57,387 nucleotides of DNA from Alphaproteobacteria bacterium (GCA_019137195.1 JAGVSR010000072.1:1-57387), one strand, 5' to 3'. Shown: positions 30,196-41,750, numbered from the stretch's first letter. The notes: generated by a model from the sequence alone, not told the origin. Translations and numbers: made by a program.

Positions 30196-31491
30196 TCATG
30201 GCCTGGCTGACGGCAGCTTGACCACGTTCGAGGCAACTTGGTCCGACGATACCGCCTCGCCACGCTCGGCCTTCTGGATGAAGTCCCTCACCAGCGGCGC
30301 CACGACGCTACGCCACTGACTGCCGGTAAAAAGGCCGAAGTGACCGGCCTCCGGCACGTCGAGCTTGACACGCAAGGTATCGGAAAGATTGCGGCATAGC
30401 ACCTGTGCGGCGTGCGTCTGCCCTGGACCGCAGACCACGTCGCGGCCGGCCTCGACCGTCATCAGCGGCATCTTACGGATCAGGCCGGGATCGATCGGCG
30501 ATCCGTTGACGCAATAGGTGCCATTCGGCAGTGCATGCTCCTGGAACACGTGCCGCACTGTGTCGAGAAAGAATGCGGCCGTGAGGTCCATGACCGCGAG
30601 ATAGTCTTCGTAGAAGTCGCGATGCTGGCGCACCTGGCCCGCATCGCCTCGCATGAGGTCGTTGAAGAGACCTGCGTGCGCCGAAACGTGCCGGTCGAGG
30701 TCCATCGTCATGAACCCGGTAAGCTGCATGAAACCCGGATAGACTGGCCGGAAGGCGCCGGTGTGCGGCGGCGGGACACTTGAGATCACGTGTGCCTCGA
30801 ACCACGTCAGCGAGCGGTTCTCGACCAGCCGGTTGACGGCCGTGGGATTGATGCGCGTGTCGATCGGTCCGCCGAGGAGCGTCAAGGACGCCGGAGCACA
30901 GACGTCCTCGAGACGTGCCATGTACGCCGCCACCGCCAGCGCCGGCACCGACGACTGCGAGACGGCGATCACGTGCGTCTTTGGTCCGATGAGCCGTAGC
31001 GCCTCGATGACGGTCGCCGCAAAGTCGTCGAGGTTGAAGTCGCCGGCGATGAGCGGCACGTCGCGCGCGTCCGACCAATCCGTCACCGTCACGTCGAATG
31101 TTCCGCAAAGCTCGGCAATGGTGCCGCGCACGAGAGTCGCATAGTGCCCCGACATCGGCGCCACGATCAGGACCTGCGGCGCACCCCCCCCGTTCCGGCC
31201 GGCGGACTCGCGCCGGAAGCGCCTCAGCGAGCAGAACGGCTTCGACAGGATCTCCTCGGAGACGATCGGAACCACCGTCCCGTCAGAGCGCGACTCTTTG
31301 ATGTTGAACTGCGGCTTGCCGTAGCGCCGCGTCACCTTCTCGAACACCTGGCAGGCGGCCGACAGACTGCGCGCTGCCGGCGTCGCGGCAAGCGGATTCA
31401 AGGGGTGGTCGAGGCCGGCCCGTACGGCCTCCACGCCGAGCCGCCACGGCGACAGCAGCGCGTGCGCGAGCTCGTAGGCGTGATAGTTCAT
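30196..31491 (-). CDS. phaZ: Intracellular polyhydroxyalkanoate depolymerase PhaZ
   Basis: PhaZ-family sequence starting MNYHAYELAHALLSPWR. About 431 aa. Confidence 0.8.
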   Translation of the reverse strand: MNYHAYELAHALLSPWRLGVEAVRAGLDHPLNPLAATPAARSLSAACQVFEKVTRRYGKPQFNIKESRSDGTVVPIVSEEILSKPFCSLRRFRRESAGRNGGGAPQVLIVAPMSGHYATLVRGTIAELCGTFDVTVTDWSDARDVPLIAGDFNLDDFAATVIEALRLIGPKTHVIAVSQSSVPALAVAAYMARLEDVCAPASLTLLGGPIDTRINPTAVNRLVENRSLTWFEAHVISSVPPPHTGAFRPVYPGFMQLTGFMTMDLDRHVSAHAGLFNDLMRGDAGQVRQHRDFYEDYLAVMDLTAAFFLDTVRHVFQEHALPNGTYCVNGSPIDPGLIRKMPLMTVEAGRDVVCGPGQTHAAQVLCRNLSDTLRVKLDVPEAGHFGLFTGSQWRSVVAPLVRDFIQKAERGEAVSSDQVASNVVKLPSARP

Positions 31492-31630
31492 GTGATGATC
31501 TGGCCCCTCGGCAGGCGACTTGCGGCCCGCCGCTCTCCCCGCGCCATCCCACAGTAAGGCCGGACCGGACCCTTGTTCAAGCACCGGCCCGCCGCATGAC
31601 GAATGGCGGGTTCACTGCGTTGCAACAAGT

Positions 31631-32641
31631 CTACTCGCCGCGGGACACCTCGTCCGGAGCAAACCGGTAGACCGTGCTGCAGAACTCGCAGGTCACGCTG
31701 TAGGTGCCGTCTGGCTCGCTCATGCCCTCGAGGTTCTCGGCCGAGAAGCTCGAAAGGAACATCGCCACCCGCTCGCGCGAGCAGCGGCAATGACAGGCAA
31801 TCGAGCGCGGCTCGAACACCCGGACGCCCTCTTCGTGGAAAAGACGCAGCAGCAGTCGGCGTGGAGAGAGCTGTGGGTCGAGAAGCTCGTGGTCCTCGAC
31901 CGTCGCTGCCAGAAGCCGCACCCGCTGCCAGTCCTCGGACGCCTCCCCTGCCTGCCTCCCGTCACGACCCTCCCCTTCGTCCTCCCGCGCGCCGGGATGC
32001 TGGACCATGAGCCCGCCGGCCCGCCAGGTCCAAGCCCGTGCGCACAGGGAGCCGTCTCTGCCGTCGCCTCTGGAAGCACCGGCAACCTGATGTCGGGCGA
32101 CAGCGAGCCGGATGTAAGACGGCAGCTGCTCGGATTGCCTGAAATAGGTGTTGGCAGCGGCGGTTAGGCTCCCGCCGTCGAGCGCCACGATGCCCTGGGT
32201 GACGTCGCGGCCGTCGCCGGGGTCGAGCGTCAGCGCCATGTGCCCGTGCCCCAGAAGCTCACCCTCTGAGAGCCGCGCCTGCCGGGCCGCGAGCTCGGCC
32301 ACGCGCTCCTTCGCGTACGAGGCCGTCGCGCGCACCTTGCCCGGCGCCTGGTACTCGACGAACAGAAAGCCGAGCGGACCGTCGGTCCGCGTCTGCAGGG
32401 AAAGCCGCGCCCCGGGAGCGATTGGCGCACCGAGCATGGTCGTGAGCGCAAGGGCGTGCGCGACGGCCTCGCTCACGAGGTCCGGATAGCCGTGACGCGC
32501 GAGGATGGTGTCGACCGTGGTGCCCATGCGCACGATGCGTCCGCGGGCACCCGAGATCTCGGTCGCGAACGGGAGAACGAGATCGTCGTCGGCCGGCGCG
32601 ACGATCGGGCCCTTCTCGCCTGCCGCGCCGGTTGCCGCCAT
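31631..32641 (-). CDS. hslO: Redox-regulated chaperone Hsp33
   Basis: C-terminal zinc centre CHCRCSRE...CEFCSTVYRF. Starts MAATG. The 5' part of the 509-aa track ORF is an out-of-frame overlap with argF. Confidence 0.85.
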   Translation of the reverse strand: MAATGAAGEKGPIVAPADDDLVLPFATEISGARGRIVRMGTTVDTILARHGYPDLVSEAVAHALALTTMLGAPIAPGARLSLQTRTDGPLGFLFVEYQAPGKVRATASYAKERVAELAARQARLSEGELLGHGHMALTLDPGDGRDVTQGIVALDGGSLTAAANTYFRQSEQLPSYIRLAVARHQVAGASRGDGRDGSLCARAWTWRAGGLMVQHPGAREDEGEGRDGRQAGEASEDWQRVRLLAATVEDHELLDPQLSPRRLLLRLFHEEGVRVFEPRSIACHCRCSRERVAMFLSSFSAENLEGMSEPDGTYSVTCEFCSTVYRFAPDEVSRGE

Positions 32642-33576
32642 CAGCCTGCTCCCAGGCACCAGGCGAGAATGGCCTTCTGCGCGTGGAGCCGGTTCTCGGC
32701 TTCGTCGAACACCGCCGACTGCGGCCCCTCGAGCACGCCCTCGGACACCTCGTTGCCGCGGTAGGCCGGCAGGCAGTGCATGAAGATCGCCCCCTTGGCG
32801 GCCTTTGCCATCAGGGCCTCGTCGACCGTGTAGGGGCGCAAAAGCTGCTTGCGCCGCTTTTCGTCGGTCTGGCCCATGGAGACCCAGGTGTCGGTGACGA
32901 CGCAGTCCGCGCCCTTGACAGCCTTGTCCGGATCCTCGGTCATCATGATCGCCGCCTTCTCGCGCCGCGCCCAGTCGATGGCGGCCTTCTCGGGCATGAG
33001 CTCCGCCGGGCAGGCGAGGCGGAGACTGAAGCCGAACCGCGCTGCCGCGTGCATCCACGACACGGCGACGTTGTTGCCGTCGCCGACCCAGGCGACCGTG
33101 CGCCCCTTGAGCGGTCCGACGCGCTCCTCGAACGTCTGCAGATCGGCCATGATCTGGCACGGGTGCGTCTTGTCGGTGAGCCCGTTGATGACCGGCACGG
33201 TCGCATGCTGCGCGAGCTCGACGAGCGTTTCGTGGCTGTTGGCGCGGATCATGATGGCGTCCACGTAACGCGACAGCACGCGCGCTGTATCCTTGATGCT
33301 CTCGCCCCGGCCGAGCTGCAGGTCGTTGTTGTTGAGCGTGATGGTCGTGCCCCCGATCTGGCGCATGGCAACGTCGAACGAGACGCGCGTCCGGGTCGAC
33401 GGCTTCTCGAAAATCATCGCCAGCACCTTGCTGTCGATGTGCTTGGGGCGAAGCTTGGCAGGCACGGACTTGCCGGCCTTCTTCATGGCGTGCGCCGCAT
33501 CGAGGATTCCGCGCAGCGTCTTGGTGTCGATCTCGTCGAGATCGAGAAAATGGCGAATGGCTCTGGCTTCTGGCAT
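32641..33576 (-). CDS. argF: Ornithine carbamoyltransferase
   Basis: STRTR and HCLP motifs. Start at [13 protein letters not shown]. Confidence 0.9.
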   Translation of the reverse strand: MPEARAIRHFLDLDEIDTKTLRGILDAAHAMKKAGKSVPAKLRPKHIDSKVLAMIFEKPSTRTRVSFDVAMRQIGGTTITLNNNDLQLGRGESIKDTARVLSRYVDAIMIRANSHETLVELAQHATVPVINGLTDKTHPCQIMADLQTFEERVGPLKGRTVAWVGDGNNVAVSWMHAAARFGFSLRLACPAELMPEKAAIDWARREKAAIMMTEDPDKAVKGADCVVTDTWVSMGQTDEKRRKQLLRPYTVDEALMAKAAKGAIFMHCLPAYRGNEVSEGVLEGPQSAVFDEAENRLHAQKAILAWCLGAG

Positions 33577-33620
33577 GGCGCTTACGCCTGCTCCCCTGAT
33601 GTGTCCCCCCACGGGACCAG

Positions 33621-34883
33621 CTACTGCTTGTTCTTGGAAAAGACCGCGAGCGCGCGAGAGAGCCGGGCCGAGGCCTCGGTGATCTCGCTATCCTCGACGT
33701 TGAGCGGCGGAAGGATGCGCACGACGTTCTCGCCGGCGCCGACGACGAGAAGCTTCTCGCCGATCACTGCCTTGACCACGTCCGCGACCGGCGGCTTGAC
33801 CTTCAGCCCCATGAGGAGCCCTTCGCCCCTCACCTCCTCGACCACGTCCGGGAACAGGTCCTTGAGACCATGGAGCGACTGCTTCAGCCGGTTGGCCTTG
33901 AGCCGAACGCCCTCGAGGAAGCCCTTCTCGGACACGATGTCGAACACCGTCTCTCCGACCGCCATCGCGAGCGGGTTGCCACCGAAGGTCGACCCGTGCG
34001 TTCCGGGCGTCAGCGCCCGGGCGACCGCGTCGGTGACCAGGAACGCGCCAACCGGAAAGCCGCCACCGAGACCCTTGGCGATGGCCATGATGTCGGGCCG
34101 GATACCCGACGCCTCGTGTGCGAAAAGAAGGCCCGTGCGCCCCATGCCCGATTGCACCTCGTCGAGCACGAGGAGAAGCCCCTGCTCGTCGCAGAGCGCC
34201 CTGAGGCCCTGCATGAAGGTCGGTGATGCCACCCGCACCCCGCCCTCCCCCTGGATCGGCTCGATCATGATCGCCGCCGTCTCCGGGCCGATGGCCTGCT
34301 CGACGGCCTCAAGATCACCGAGCGGAAGATGGTCGAAGCCCGGCATCTCAGGTCCGAAGCCCTCGAGATACTTGGCGTTACCGGCAGCCGCGATGGTCGC
34401 CAGTGTGCGTCCGTGGAAGGCGCCCTCGAATGTGATGATCCGGTTCCGCTCCGGCGCACCCCCCACGTAATGGTAGCGCCGCGCTGCCTTGATGGCCCCC
34501 TCGCAGGCCTCGGCCCCCGAATTGCAGAAGAAGACTTTGTCGGCAAACGTCGCCCGAACGAGCTTCTCGGCGAGCCGCTCCTGTCCCGCGACGCGATAGA
34601 GGTTCGAGGTATGCCACAGCTTCTCGGCCTGCGCCGTCAGAGCCGCGACCAGCTGCGGATGGGCGTGGCCCAGCGCATTGACGGCGACCCCCGACCCGAA
34701 ATCGAGGTAGCGCTCGCCGGAAATCGTCGTCAGCCAGGAGCCTGCGCCGGATGCGAATACGATGTCCTGGCGCGCGTAGGTGCCCAGCACCGCGGGCGAG
34801 GGGCCGGAAGCGGCGGACGGCTGTGGGGCGATGGTCAGGGGCTTGGGCACGTCGCCCGCTCCTTCACTCACACGCGCGCGCAA
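33621..34883 (-). CDS. argD: Acetylornithine aminotransferase (start uncertain; possibly GTG at VPKPL)
   Basis: Class-III aminotransferase motifs. argD-argF-hslO synteny. Confidence 0.85.
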   Translation of the reverse strand: MRARVSEGAGDVPKPLTIAPQPSAASGPSPAVLGTYARQDIVFASGAGSWLTTISGERYLDFGSGVAVNALGHAHPQLVAALTAQAEKLWHTSNLYRVAGQERLAEKLVRATFADKVFFCNSGAEACEGAIKAARRYHYVGGAPERNRIITFEGAFHGRTLATIAAAGNAKYLEGFGPEMPGFDHLPLGDLEAVEQAIGPETAAIMIEPIQGEGGVRVASPTFMQGLRALCDEQGLLLVLDEVQSGMGRTGLLFAHEASGIRPDIMAIAKGLGGGFPVGAFLVTDAVARALTPGTHGSTFGGNPLAMAVGETVFDIVSEKGFLEGVRLKANRLKQSLHGLKDLFPDVVEEVRGEGLLMGLKVKPPVADVVKAVIGEKLLVVGAGENVVRILPPLNVEDSEITEASARLSRALAVFSKNKQ

Positions 34884-35485
34884 AAATCAAAAAGCCGCCT
34901 TTCCGGCGGCCCTGGAAGCGCGGTTGATACGCGAACCGCGCCGCGAATGTCAATCATTGGCCACAATTGGCGACAGCTCCGGCGCGCCATGCCACGTCCT
35001 CCACACAGATGAATTGCGGGGACAACGATTCGCGAGGCCAGCAAAACCGGGGTTTGGCGAATCGCGTTGTGGCGATTGAGCCACGTGCATCTGTCGAGAC
35101 CCGAGAGCCTGGGCGGCCAGCCTTGTAGGCAGGAATCTACTTGTTGTAGGGTTCAGCAGTCGGGACACGAGATGTCGCGGTTCGCCGCGACCGGTTGTTT
35201 GTACCGTGTTCCTTTGTATCGTGTCGGAATTTTGAGTTCTCTGTCCAGTACGCGTCATTTCCGGGGTGCCTCGTAGCGTTGGGCTCCCTCGCCGCACGCG
35301 TCTGAAGTTCAGCGTCAAGTCCTGCGTTTCATCCGGGCCGGGTCCCGGGGCTCGAGTTGCGTGTCCGACGCGCGAGGTTCGCCTCTGCGTTGAGGCAGCC
35401 TGCCCCGCCTTGCCCTTTGCGTAGCCGAGCGCAGGCGCCTTCGTGGCCGCCCGCTTGCCCATAGTTTTTGCGAGGAGCAACCGAA

Positions 35486-36055
35486 ATGGCCTGGAATGAC
35501 GAACGCGTCGAGCTTCTGAAAAAGCTCTGGTCCGAGGGTCTGAGCGCGAGCCAGATCGCTGCCCGTCTCGGCGGCGTATCGCGCAACGCGGTAATCGGCA
35601 AGGTGCATCGCCTCGGGCTTTCCGGCCGTGCCACCACCTCGCGCATGAAGAGCCATCGCCCCCGCCCTCGTGCCGCGGCACCTGCTACGGCTGCGCAGAA
35701 GCGAATGGCCAAGCCTCGCTTTGCCCAGATCGGCAACCCCGCCCTTCGCGCGCTCTACACACCTCAGGCCGAGCCCTTCGTGCCGGTCGCCGAGGAGCTC
35801 GACATTCCCCTGAAGGAGCGCCGGTCCATCCAGACGCTGACCGAGTGCAGCTGCCGCTGGCCGATCGGCGACCCGCAGCAGCCCGACTTCCACTTCTGCG
35901 GCAAGGACAAGGTGCAGGGCCTGCCCTATTGCGAGTTCCACGCCCGCCGCGCCTTCCAGCCGCCGCAGGTCAAGCGCCGCGCGCCCGACACAGTCGAGCC
36001 GGCAGTGCCCGTCATCGCCGCACCCGCACCCGCCAAGGAGAACGCCGGGGCGTGA
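35486..36055 (+). CDS. gcrA: Cell-cycle regulator GcrA
   Basis: MAWNDERVELLKKLWSEGLSASQIAARLGGVSRNAVIGKVHRLGL is the GcrA N-terminal domain. Two GANTC sites lie in the upstream region (near 35051 and 35135). Confidence 0.9.
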   Translation: MAWNDERVELLKKLWSEGLSASQIAARLGGVSRNAVIGKVHRLGLSGRATTSRMKSHRPRPRAAAPATAAQKRMAKPRFAQIGNPALRALYTPQAEPFVPVAEELDIPLKERRSIQTLTECSCRWPIGDPQQPDFHFCGKDKVQGLPYCEFHARRAFQPPQVKRRAPDTVEPAVPVIAAPAPAKENAGA

Positions 36056-36167
36056 TCTCGTTCACCCGGCGGTCGAGGTCTCGCAGGTGAGGCGCAGGCA
36101 ACCGGTAGCCACAAGTCAAGAGGCTGGAAGCCAGCACGGCGTCCAGCCTCTTTCCATGTGCCGCCAC

Positions 36168-37124
36168 TCATCGTCTGCCGCGCGGCTCCGCGATCTCCGT
36201 GCCGTCGTCGAAACGGTTGCCTGACCACCGGTTGGCGCGATCCGTGGCCCAGTAGGTGATCGCCCCGAAGTTGCCGGATTTCGGAAAATATCCGGTCCCG
36301 AGCACGTTACCGACGACAACGAGCTGGTCCGAGCTCGCCCCGCCGTGTCCGTTGCCATCGGCGCCCCCATAGATGACCCAGCCTCCACCGGCGAGGTAGT
36401 TGTCGCGGATCGTGATCGCGCCGCCACGGATCAGGATGCAGCTCGTCTGTGGGTTGCGGTTCTCGATCCGGCTGCGCTCGATCGTGATGTCGCGCGCCTC
36501 CGGCGAGGTCTGGATCCCGTCGTTATGGTCCTTGGGTCGTGCGGCAAGCCCGTCGATCAGCGTCTCCGAGATGCGATGCCCGGAGGCTGTAAGCCGGAGA
36601 CCATCGAGCGTCTCGGAGATATGACTGCGCCAGACGACGGCGTTCGGCGATCGCAGCAGCACCGCGACCCCGGTCCGCGCGCCGGCCCCGCCGCCCGCCT
36701 CCGAGCCGAGGAGGTAGAGCGGCCCCGCCCCCGGCCGCATGTGGATCGCCCACAAGGCATCGCGCTCCGGCCGCACGATAGATCCGCGCACCACGACCGG
36801 CAGGCTGGTGTACACGTCGAGCCCGCCTGTGAGGCGCACACCCTCGATCCGCCAGTGCGGGCCCTCGACGGTGACTCCGTCATAGCTCGCGGTCTCGTCA
36901 ACGAGGACGGCAAAGGGATAGCTGCCGGCAGCGCGCATGACGCCGCCTGCAAATGTCCGGGTTGGCTGGAGACCGATCGAACGCGGCCCCACGTCGCCCG
37001 CCTGGAGCTCGCGCCCGTGCGAAACAGGGCTTGGCCAGGTCCCCCCGGCCAGGGAGCCCGCAGCGGTGTTTGCCGCAACCAGCAGTGCGGTGAGCGCCAC
37101 CGCCAGGATAAGTCTGATGCGCAA
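36168..37124 (-). CDS. Secreted right-handed parallel beta-helix repeat protein
   Basis: Gly/Asn-rich beta-helix repeats. Probable TTG start with RBS GAGGG, upstream of the signal-like ALRIRLILAVALTALLVAA. The track ORF extends to 37214. Confidence 0.55.
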   Translation of the reverse strand: MRIRLILAVALTALLVAANTAAGSLAGGTWPSPVSHGRELQAGDVGPRSIGLQPTRTFAGGVMRAAGSYPFAVLVDETASYDGVTVEGPHWRIEGVRLTGGLDVYTSLPVVVRGSIVRPERDALWAIHMRPGAGPLYLLGSEAGGGAGARTGVAVLLRSPNAVVWRSHISETLDGLRLTASGHRISETLIDGLAARPKDHNDGIQTSPEARDITIERSRIENRNPQTSCILIRGGAITIRDNYLAGGGWVIYGGADGNGHGGASSDQLVVVGNVLGTGYFPKSGNFGAITYWATDRANRWSGNRFDDGTEIAEPRGRR

Positions 37125-37253
37125 CGCAATACCCTCTGGACCTGGGGTTGCAGCGATGCTCGATCGCGCTATCAATGTCGCCACGAAAAACCTAACGGTG
37201 TCTGACTTCGGCACGGCAGCCTCGCCGCGCCACGTAGCCGGCGTGGAGAGAGC

Positions 37254-38051
37254 ATGAGCACCGAACCCACTTTCGCCCGCGGACCGGCCGTATCGGCGCT
37301 ATACCGCTACCCGGTTAAGGGCCTCACCCCCGACGCGCTCGAGCAGGTCCTGCTGACGGCAGGAGAGACGCTGCCCCTCGATCGTGCTTGGGCGATCGAG
37401 AACGGTCCCGGCCGCTTCGACGAGGCCAACCCCCGCCACGTCCCCAAGATCAACTTCCTGATGTTGATGCGAGACGAGAAGCTCGCCACCTTCACCTCGC
37501 GCTTCGACGAGGGGACGCGGACGCTTGAGATCCTGCGAGCCGGCCGCCAGGTCTGCCGCGGCGACCTCACGACCAAGGCTGGCAGAACCATCATCGAGCA
37601 ATTCCTGGCCGCCTACATGGAAGCGAGTCTGCGCGGTCCGCCGCGCATCGTCTCGAGCCCCGGCCATAGCATCTCGGACGTGGCAGCCAAGTGCCTTCAC
37701 ATCATCAATCTCGCCTCGGTGCGCGAGCTCGAGCGCGACATCGGACGGCCGGTCGATCCGCTGCGGTTCCGTCCCAACATCGTCCTGACCGGTCTGCCGC
37801 CCTGGGTCGAGCTCGGATGGGCCGGGAAAAGTCTCGTCGTCGCCGACACCAGGCTGTCGGTCTTCAAGCGCACGGACCGCTGCGCCGCAACCAACGTGGA
37901 CCCTGCCACTGGCAAGCGCGACATGGACATCCCGGCCGTGCTCGCACGCCGCTTCGGGCACATGGATTTCGGCGTCTATGCGCGCGTGGAGACGGGCGGC
38001 TCGATCGCGGTCGGTGCGAGTGTGACCGTCGAGACCGGCGCGCCCGGCTGA
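37254..38051 (+). CDS. MOSC domain-containing protein (YcbX-like)
   Basis: 265 aa with a MOSC beta-barrel pattern and conserved Cys in RTDRCAATNVDP. Confidence 0.7.
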   Translation: MSTEPTFARGPAVSALYRYPVKGLTPDALEQVLLTAGETLPLDRAWAIENGPGRFDEANPRHVPKINFLMLMRDEKLATFTSRFDEGTRTLEILRAGRQVCRGDLTTKAGRTIIEQFLAAYMEASLRGPPRIVSSPGHSISDVAAKCLHIINLASVRELERDIGRPVDPLRFRPNIVLTGLPPWVELGWAGKSLVVADTRLSVFKRTDRCAATNVDPATGKRDMDIPAVLARRFGHMDFGVYARVETGGSIAVGASVTVETGAPG

Positions 38052-38124
38052 AATAGCTGAGGCTCGCACCCTCGCAGGTCCCCAGCCACTCTCGGCCTCA
38101 TCCGCTTACCGCCTCAGGTCGTGC

Positions 38125-39054
38125 CTACTCCCGGCTCTCGCCGTTGCCGGCGGACGCGGGTGCAGCCTCGGCCGGAGCCGGCTCCTCCTCGCGGCGCGGG
38201 CGGCGCACGGGCCGGCGCAGGAACTCTGGCTGCTCGTGACCGGGCTCGCGGCGCTGCGGCGCGTCGGCCTGCGGCGGGCGATCCATGCCCTCGGTCCGGT
38301 CCGGGCGCTCGCCGCGCTCCGGACGATCGGGGCGCTCACCGCGATCGAAGCGCTCGGGACGCTCGCCGCGGTCAGGACGGTCGAACCTCTGCTCGCCACG
38401 ATCGGGTCGCTCACCGCGATCGGGACGATCGAACCTCTGCTCGCCGCGCTCGGGCCGATCGCCACGGTCGGGTCGATCGCCGCGATCGGGACGGAAGCCG
38501 CGACGGTCCTGGCCACCCTGCTGCCGATCACGGTTGAAATCGCGGTGCTGCTGGAAGCGCGGCTGGTCCTGCTGCGGACGCGGCGGACGATCGTCGAAAC
38601 GGGACTGGTCGATGCTGCGCGGCTGCGGCTCCTGCCCCCGGACGGGCTCACGGCCAGCACCACCGTCCCCGCCGAATTCGTCGCCGTCCTCGTCGCCGAA
38701 GTCGTCGCTGCCCGCCATCGTCGCCGGGCCCGGCATGCGATTCATGCCGCCCGACATGCCGCTCGAGTAGTCGCCCTGGGCCATCTGCTGCTCGCGATAG
38801 GCCATGATAATGCGATTGTAGTGCTCGGCGTGCTGGAGATAGTTCTCGGCCAAAACCGGATCGCCGGAGGATTGCGCATCGCGTGCGAGCGCCATGTACT
38901 TCTCGGCGATATGGGACGGCGTGCCGCGTATCTTGACGTCGGGACCGTTGCTCTCGAACGTCCGCGTCAGCGGGTTCTGACCCTTACGGCCGCCCCCCTG
39001 CTGATTGTGATTGCGGCCGCCGCGGCCTCTGCGGTTCTGCTGTCCCTGCCTCAT
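38125..39054 (-). CDS. DUF4167 domain protein with a repetitive Arg/Asp/Glu/Pro C-terminal region
   Basis: N-terminal ...GTPSHIAEKYMALARDAQSSGDPVLAENYLQHAEHYNRI is the DUF4167 segment. The C-terminal half is a tandem RPDRG[DE] / ERGEQRFD repeat. Confidence 0.75.
   Translation of the reverse strand: MRQGQQNRRGRGGRNHNQQGGGRKGQNPLTRTFESNGPDVKIRGTPSHIAEKYMALARDAQSSGDPVLAENYLQHAEHYNRIIMAYREQQMAQGDYSSGMSGGMNRMPGPATMAGSDDFGDEDGDEFGGDGGAGREPVRGQEPQPRSIDQSRFDDRPPRPQQDQPRFQQHRDFNRDRQQGGQDRRGFRPDRGDRPDRGDRPERGEQRFDRPDRGERPDRGEQRFDRPDRGERPERFDRGERPDRPERGERPDRTEGMDRPPQADAPQRREPGHEQPEFLRRPVRRPRREEEPAPAEAAPASAGNGESRE
38285..38560. repeat. Tandem nucleotide repeats (periods of about 18 and 36 bp) inside the DUF4167 gene
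   Basis: Reiterated units CGGTCGGGTCGATCGCC / CGATCGGGACG encode the RPDRGDRPERGEQRFD repeats. Confidence 0.7.
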
Positions 39055-39528
39055 GGGCTTCGTTCTCGACTGTTGTGTTCGACGTCTTGAGTGTTGCGGT
39101 GGAGAGGAGCACGAGCTGCCGGCACTCCGCCGGTCACGCGGCTCGCGCGCTTCTGCAGCCATGCTGCGTTCGATCTGTTGGCCGTAAACGCCAAACCTAA
39201 ACCCGTACTGCGACCCGCCTAAGACCAGGCCGCTTAGGCGCAGAGCTGGCCATCGCTAATGCTACGCATTGGACCAGATGCAGGGCTGTCCATCCGGAAT
39301 TGGCTTACGCGCGAAGCGACGGCTATAGCCATCCGCCGCAAACAAGCAGGCAGCCGAAACTGCGCCGTAGTCCCGCTTGTTTCGCATTTATCTGCGTGAG
39401 CCTGTGCAAGACGCTGCCGCCCGGTCTACGGTTCGGCTGCTCAGCGGCCATAGGCGCGCACGCATTCATTTGCCGGATGGGAGAGTAGCTTGGTTGCGCG
39501 CCGCCGCCAAGACATTTCCTCAGAAGCG

Positions 39529-40431
39529 TTAGTGCGTCATCAACACCTTATGTGTCTCGATGGCCACACAGCGCTCGTGATTGCCCAAATCCCGGCGGAT
39601 TACGACCGTCTTGAGGCGCCCGCCGGCGGCCGCCTTGAAGATGTCCACCACGTCCCTTGCCTGCCCGGCTCCGATCTCGACCACCGCCCAGCCAGCCGGT
39701 ACGGCGCGAACGAGCCCTCGCGCCAGCTCCCGGTAGATCGCGAGCCCGTCATCCCCGCCGTCGAGCGCCGCCCTGGGATCGAAGTCCTTGACCTCCCGGC
39801 TCAGCAACTCGATCTCGCCCGAGGGAATGTAAGGCGGATTCGACACCAGGAGGTCGAACGATCCTTCGACACCCTCTAGCGACCGGCGCAACGCGAATGT
39901 CGCCCGGTCGGCGACTCCGAGCCGCTCTGCGTTTCTCGCCGCCATCTCGAGAGCCTGATCGCTGACATCTGTTGCGATGCCGCTCGCGAGCGGCAGCTCG
40001 GCCAGTAGCGTCACCAGGATTGCCCCCGAGCCGGTTCCAACGTCGAGGATCCGGATCGGGCGCTCGCGCCAGCCCGCCTTGTCCGCGATCTCGAGCACCG
40101 TCTCGACCAGGGTCTCGGTATCGGGCCTTGGATCGAGTGTCGAGCCGTCGATCTCGAACGTCCGCCCGTAGAACTCGCGCCGGCCGAGAATGCGCGATAC
40201 CGGCTCGTGCGCCAGGCGCCGCTGGCGGTAGACCTCGAGCCTCGCCAGCTGAGCCGGCAGCAGCATCCGGTCCGGCTCGAGCACCATATCCTGAGCCGTC
40301 AGGCCTGCCGCCGCTCCGGTGAGGAGTCTCGCGTCGACCTCGGGACTGTCGATCCCCTCCGCGCGGAGCTCGGCCACAAGCCGCCGGAGCGCATCCCGAA
40401 GCGTCGTCACGCCGCCGCCTCCGCGCTCCAA
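39529..40431 (-). CDS. prmC: Release-factor glutamine N5-methyltransferase
   Basis: NPPY (LLVSNPPYI) and VLDVGTGSG motifs. Immediately downstream of prfA. Confidence 0.9.
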   Translation of the reverse strand: MERGGGGVTTLRDALRRLVAELRAEGIDSPEVDARLLTGAAAGLTAQDMVLEPDRMLLPAQLARLEVYRQRRLAHEPVSRILGRREFYGRTFEIDGSTLDPRPDTETLVETVLEIADKAGWRERPIRILDVGTGSGAILVTLLAELPLASGIATDVSDQALEMAARNAERLGVADRATFALRRSLEGVEGSFDLLVSNPPYIPSGEIELLSREVKDFDPRAALDGGDDGLAIYRELARGLVRAVPAGWAVVEIGAGQARDVVDIFKAAAGGRLKTVVIRRDLGNHERCVAIETHKVLMTH

Positions 40432-40471
40432 CGAGCATATCCGCGTCCTGACGCACGGGCCGGTCTCAGTC

Positions 40472-41554
40472 TCACAGCGCTCCGCTTTCCATGGCCGCGA
40501 GCTGACTCGCCTGATGGTCGGTGACGAGATGGTCGATGATCTCGTCGAGCCCGATGCCGTCCATCACCCGGTCGATGTTGTGCAGCGTGAGATTGATGCG
40601 GTGATCGGTGACTCGCCCTTGCGGGAAATTGTAGGTGCGGATGCGCTGCGACCGGTCGCCGGAGCCGACCTGCGATTTGCGGGCCTCGCTACGGGCGCTC
40701 TCCGTGCGCTCACGCTCCTCCTCGTAGAGGCGCGAGCGCAGCACCTGCATGGCGAGGCGCCGGTTCTGGTGCTGCGACTTCTCGGCCGAAACGACAACGA
40801 TCCCGGTCGGAATGTGCGTGATCCTGACGGCCGAATCCGTCTTGTTGACGTGCTGGCCGCCCGCGCCCGACGCCCGCATGGTATCGATGCGGATGTCCTC
40901 TGGACGGATCTCGATGTCGACCTCCTCGGCTTCCGGCAGCACTGCAACCGTCGCCGCCGAGGTGTGGATGCGCCCCTGGCTTTCGGTCGCCGGAATGCGC
41001 TGGACGCGATGCACGCCACTCTCGAACTTGAGCTTTGCGAACACGCCCGTCCCGGTGATGGACGCGATGATCTCCTTGTAGCCGCCGAGATCGTTCTCGG
41101 AGATGGAGATGATCTCGACCTTCCAGCCCTTCAAGTCCGCGTACCGCGAGTACATGCGGAAGAGATCGGCCGCGAACAGGGCCGCCTCGTCGCCGCCGGT
41201 GCCGGCGCGAACCTCGAGGATGGCGCTTCGCTCGTCGGCCGCGTCCTTGGGCAGCAGCAGGATCTTGAGCTTGCCTTCGAGCTCTTGGACGCGCGGCTTC
41301 AGGAGCTCGAGCTCCTCGGCCGCCATCTCTGCCATGTCCTTGGCCGTAGGGTCGGCGATCAGCGCCTTGAGATCCTGGGCCTCCTTCTCGGCCCCCTGAA
41401 GCTCACGGATGGCGGCGACGACCGGCGACAGATCCGAGAACTCTTTGGTGAGCTTGGCGTAGGTCGCCTGATTGGCGCCTTGGTTGAGCTCCGCCTGGAT
41501 GGTCTCCCAGCGGTCGATCAGCCTCTCGAGTTTCTCGTTGGGTATGGAGCTCAT
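40472..41554 (-). CDS. prfA: Peptide chain release factor 1
   Basis: GGQ motif ([11 protein letters not shown]) and PxT-type domain. 360 aa. Confidence 0.95.
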   Translation of the reverse strand: MSSIPNEKLERLIDRWETIQAELNQGANQATYAKLTKEFSDLSPVVAAIRELQGAEKEAQDLKALIADPTAKDMAEMAAEELELLKPRVQELEGKLKILLLPKDAADERSAILEVRAGTGGDEAALFAADLFRMYSRYADLKGWKVEIISISENDLGGYKEIIASITGTGVFAKLKFESGVHRVQRIPATESQGRIHTSAATVAVLPEAEEVDIEIRPEDIRIDTMRASGAGGQHVNKTDSAVRITHIPTGIVVVSAEKSQHQNRRLAMQVLRSRLYEEERERTESARSEARKSQVGSGDRSQRIRTYNFPQGRVTDHRINLTLHNIDRVMDGIGLDEIIDHLVTDHQASQLAAMESGAL

Positions 41555-41750
41555 GGAAACGTCGTCAAGATCTCGGGTTGCAGGTCGGGTCTCGCCCCCG
41601 CTCGTCTCCTTTACGTCGGTAACCCCTCGCCCAGTACCTCCCGACTAGGGGAGCAGATTGGGTGAGGGGTTGCCGACATCTCCGGCCGAGCGCCATCGCC
41701 ACGACAGACGGATGCCCCGGGCAGGCGAGATCGAGCTGGCGCTTATAGTG

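Noticed and set aside
31631-33160. Single 509-aa ORF in the track
   Set aside because: Only the C-terminal 336 aa (from MAATG) are Hsp33. The N-terminal part is an out-of-frame read through the 3' end of argF, which is encoded in its own frame at 32641..33576.
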